Source of the DNA: Camelus dromedarius
Lineage: Eukaryota
DNA: 64,000 nucleotides
Assembly: GCF_036321535.1 (NCBI RefSeq)
Contig: NC_087447.1
Span: 39,620,001-39,684,000, forward strand
Direction of reading: 5' to 3'
The notes beneath the pieces were generated by a model, which made no database searches, was not told the DNA's origin, and saw only the letters and a list, made by a program, of their open reading frames with translations. The stretch's first letter is position 1. Every line of letters starts with the position of its first letter. This document shows positions 62,066 through 64,000 of this stretch, in pieces. The position numbers were made by a program, and so were the translations under genes.

Positions 62066-62339
62066 GAGGAGATTTTTTTTCAGTAGGTGTTAAAATGCAC
62101 ACGCACACACACCCTGCACACACCCACCACACACACACCCACCACACCTGTTGCCAATCTTAGAAACACAAGTATAGCTATGACCATAAAAAGGAGCCAG
62201 AATGACTTATGGGGAGAAAAGCCATAGAACTAGACATCCGATTGGGAGTAACAGACATTCAGTCACCAGGATAATTGCTGGAGGTCCAGAAATATGAAAA
62301 AAGTAATTGTGAAGAGTCTTGTTAAAAATAATGGCCATG

Positions 62340-62500
62340 AACTAGGTGTGTAATTCTTAACGGGTGCCTTAAACCACTCTGTGCCTAGATTCCTTATCTG
62401 TGAATGGAGGATAATGACAGTGTCCACGTCACAGGGCTGTTATGAAATTTAAATGACTTAGTTCGTATTTGTAAAGTGCTTAGATCAATGCCTGGCACAT
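62340..62500 (+). mobile_element. MIR SINE
   Basis: cttaaaccactctgtgcctagattccttatctgtgaatggaggataatgacagtgtccacgtcacagggctgttatgaaatttaaatga...gtaaagtgcttagatcaatgcctggcacat. Confidence 0.85.
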
Positions 62501-63630
62501 TTCTAATTTGATAGCTAGGTAAGTAGGCAGGTAGGTGGGCAGGCAGGTAAATAAATAAGCAAACAAACAGGAGATAAATTTATGCTCCTCTCTTTTCCAT
62601 GACACTTATTCACTCAGATTTTAACTCCTACAGATGAGGGAGCCCTTGGACGACACCTCACACTTCACCTGAGTGGGTGAACACATAGTAAATACTCCAA
62701 TTTTTCTATTTTAACCTGGTACCAGCAAGCAGAATACCAGATGTTTCTTCTTTACTGAGTGGGGAAGTGACGGGAGGAGGAGAGAAAAAAATCAAACAGA
62801 CTGAGGCTAGATCACCACTATCCGTGCTCACCTCCTAAGTTGGACAGCACTGCCTCGAGACAGCTGACACTAGTCACCACCTCCACAGACCGTGTCCTGT
62901 GCCTTCCAAAGAGACAGAGCGCTCAAGGCTTTTCAACATTTGTACCGAAGAAAGAGAAACCAGTGTTGATTTGGTGCCAAACTCAACTGTAAACACAAGG
63001 TGTTTTTGAATCGGTAATTACAGATGACAACGTTGTATTTTTGGCACACACACCGTAAGGCATTCTTGGTTTACACACTTAAATAAATATACCCATCACA
63101 GGTTCCAATTCTCTTCGTGTTTATTTGGCCTTAAAGGCACCAAGCTCCTACTATGTGCAGGGCAGTGCCTTGCAGTAGGCGGGGGAAGACCAGATATAAA
63201 ACCCTAGACCCTGAAGACAAAACTTCCAATAACAACTTTTCCTTATACCCCAAGGTAATACAAGAGTTTCTCCATAAATGACAAAACTCAGTGAGACAAA
63301 CCATTCTGGAAGGTTTTTTTCCTCAATTTAATTCAACAAACACGGAGGGCCTGCTGTGTGCTATCTCCATAGCGCCTTTCATGCTCCCCCAAGGTCCCAG
63401 TCTCGCTAAACAGGTTGCCACCCTTCAGTTAACATCTGTAAGAGGTAAAGTCAGAAATGAAATGCAGTGTGATCTTCCCAGCTCAGATATCCTGTCCTCC
63501 CTGAAATACATTTCCCCGCCAGTTACTGGACTTTTGTGGAAGTAAAAAGAGGACCCTGTATAGACAGAATTCTCAGCCTTAGTACTGAAGAGTGTCCACG
63601 TCCTTCCAGAAATGAGCACCTCCAGGCCCC

Positions 63631-63815
63631 CAGTGGTTCTAGACTTCCATGGTGAATCAGAGTGGACCGCAAAGCTTTTTAAAAACACAATCCTGGCCAC
63701 CTCATCAGAGATCTGATTCAGCTGGCTCGGGGCAAGGCTGCTGTTACTGTTTTCCTCTGTTTGTTTCAAAGTTTCTCAAGTAATTCTAATACACAGTCAG
63801 GGTGGAGAAGCAATG
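63631..63815. mobile_element. MER5-family (hAT-Charlie) MITE nested in a second MER5-like element (about 63565-63911)
   Basis: Inverted termini cagtggttct ... gagaagcaatg, with internal tcagagatctgattcagctgg and caagtaattctaatacacagtcaggg. Flanks caggcccc/cactcccc match 6/8 as a TSD. MER5-like sequence continues on both sides (ctgcatttccaaccagctcccgggtgatg). Confidence 0.7.
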
Positions 63816-64000
63816 CACTCCCCGAGTCAGGTGTTTCACTAACCTGCATTTCCAACCAGCTCCCGGGTGATGGGATGCCCCGGTGCGTGGATCCCAGCTG
63901 GAGGAGCGAAGCTATAGCGTCCAGGCCTCCATGGTTTTTAATTAGCCCTCTAATAAACCAAAGTTTAGTGGAGAGAAAATTAACTGCCTTTGGGGCTAGA

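Larger units (their letters stand above)
917..64000 (-). other. TEAD1: Long TEAD1 intron upstream of the TEA exon (partial; the preceding exon lies beyond the window)
   Basis: The acceptor AG is at 918-917. I could not find the preceding exon (...IILSDEGKMYG) in the window. The sequence is rich in old repeats and has no credible ORF. Confidence 0.85.

Overview
Mammalian genomic DNA, most likely a camelid: it carries a tRNA-Ala-derived Vic-1-like SINE, and I saw no Alu, B1/B2, Bov-A/tA, PRE-1 or carnivore SINEs. The whole window lies inside the TEAD1 (TEF-1) gene on the minus strand. The only coding sequence I can support is one 65-bp exon at 852-916 (-). It encodes (G)RNELIARYIKLRTGKTRTRKQ of the TEA DNA-binding domain, has canonical AG/GT splice sites, and is missed by the ORF track. 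Positions 917-64000 are part of the very long upstream intron, and 1-851 is the start of the next intron. The intron holds old interspersed repeats (L1, L2, L3/CR1, MIR, MLT1 solo LTRs, hAT-family MITEs), microsatellites and several repeat-free, motif-dense blocks that look like enhancers. I found no evidence of a novel gene or a new biological system. The best leads are regulatory: a recursive-splicing-like AG|GT start of the TEA exon, candidate enhancers (including TEAD/AP-1 autoregulatory and RFX X-box modules) and nested transposon insertions. Repeat family names and boundaries come from recalled consensus sequences by eye and are approximate. Motif calls have no conservation or ChIP support yet.
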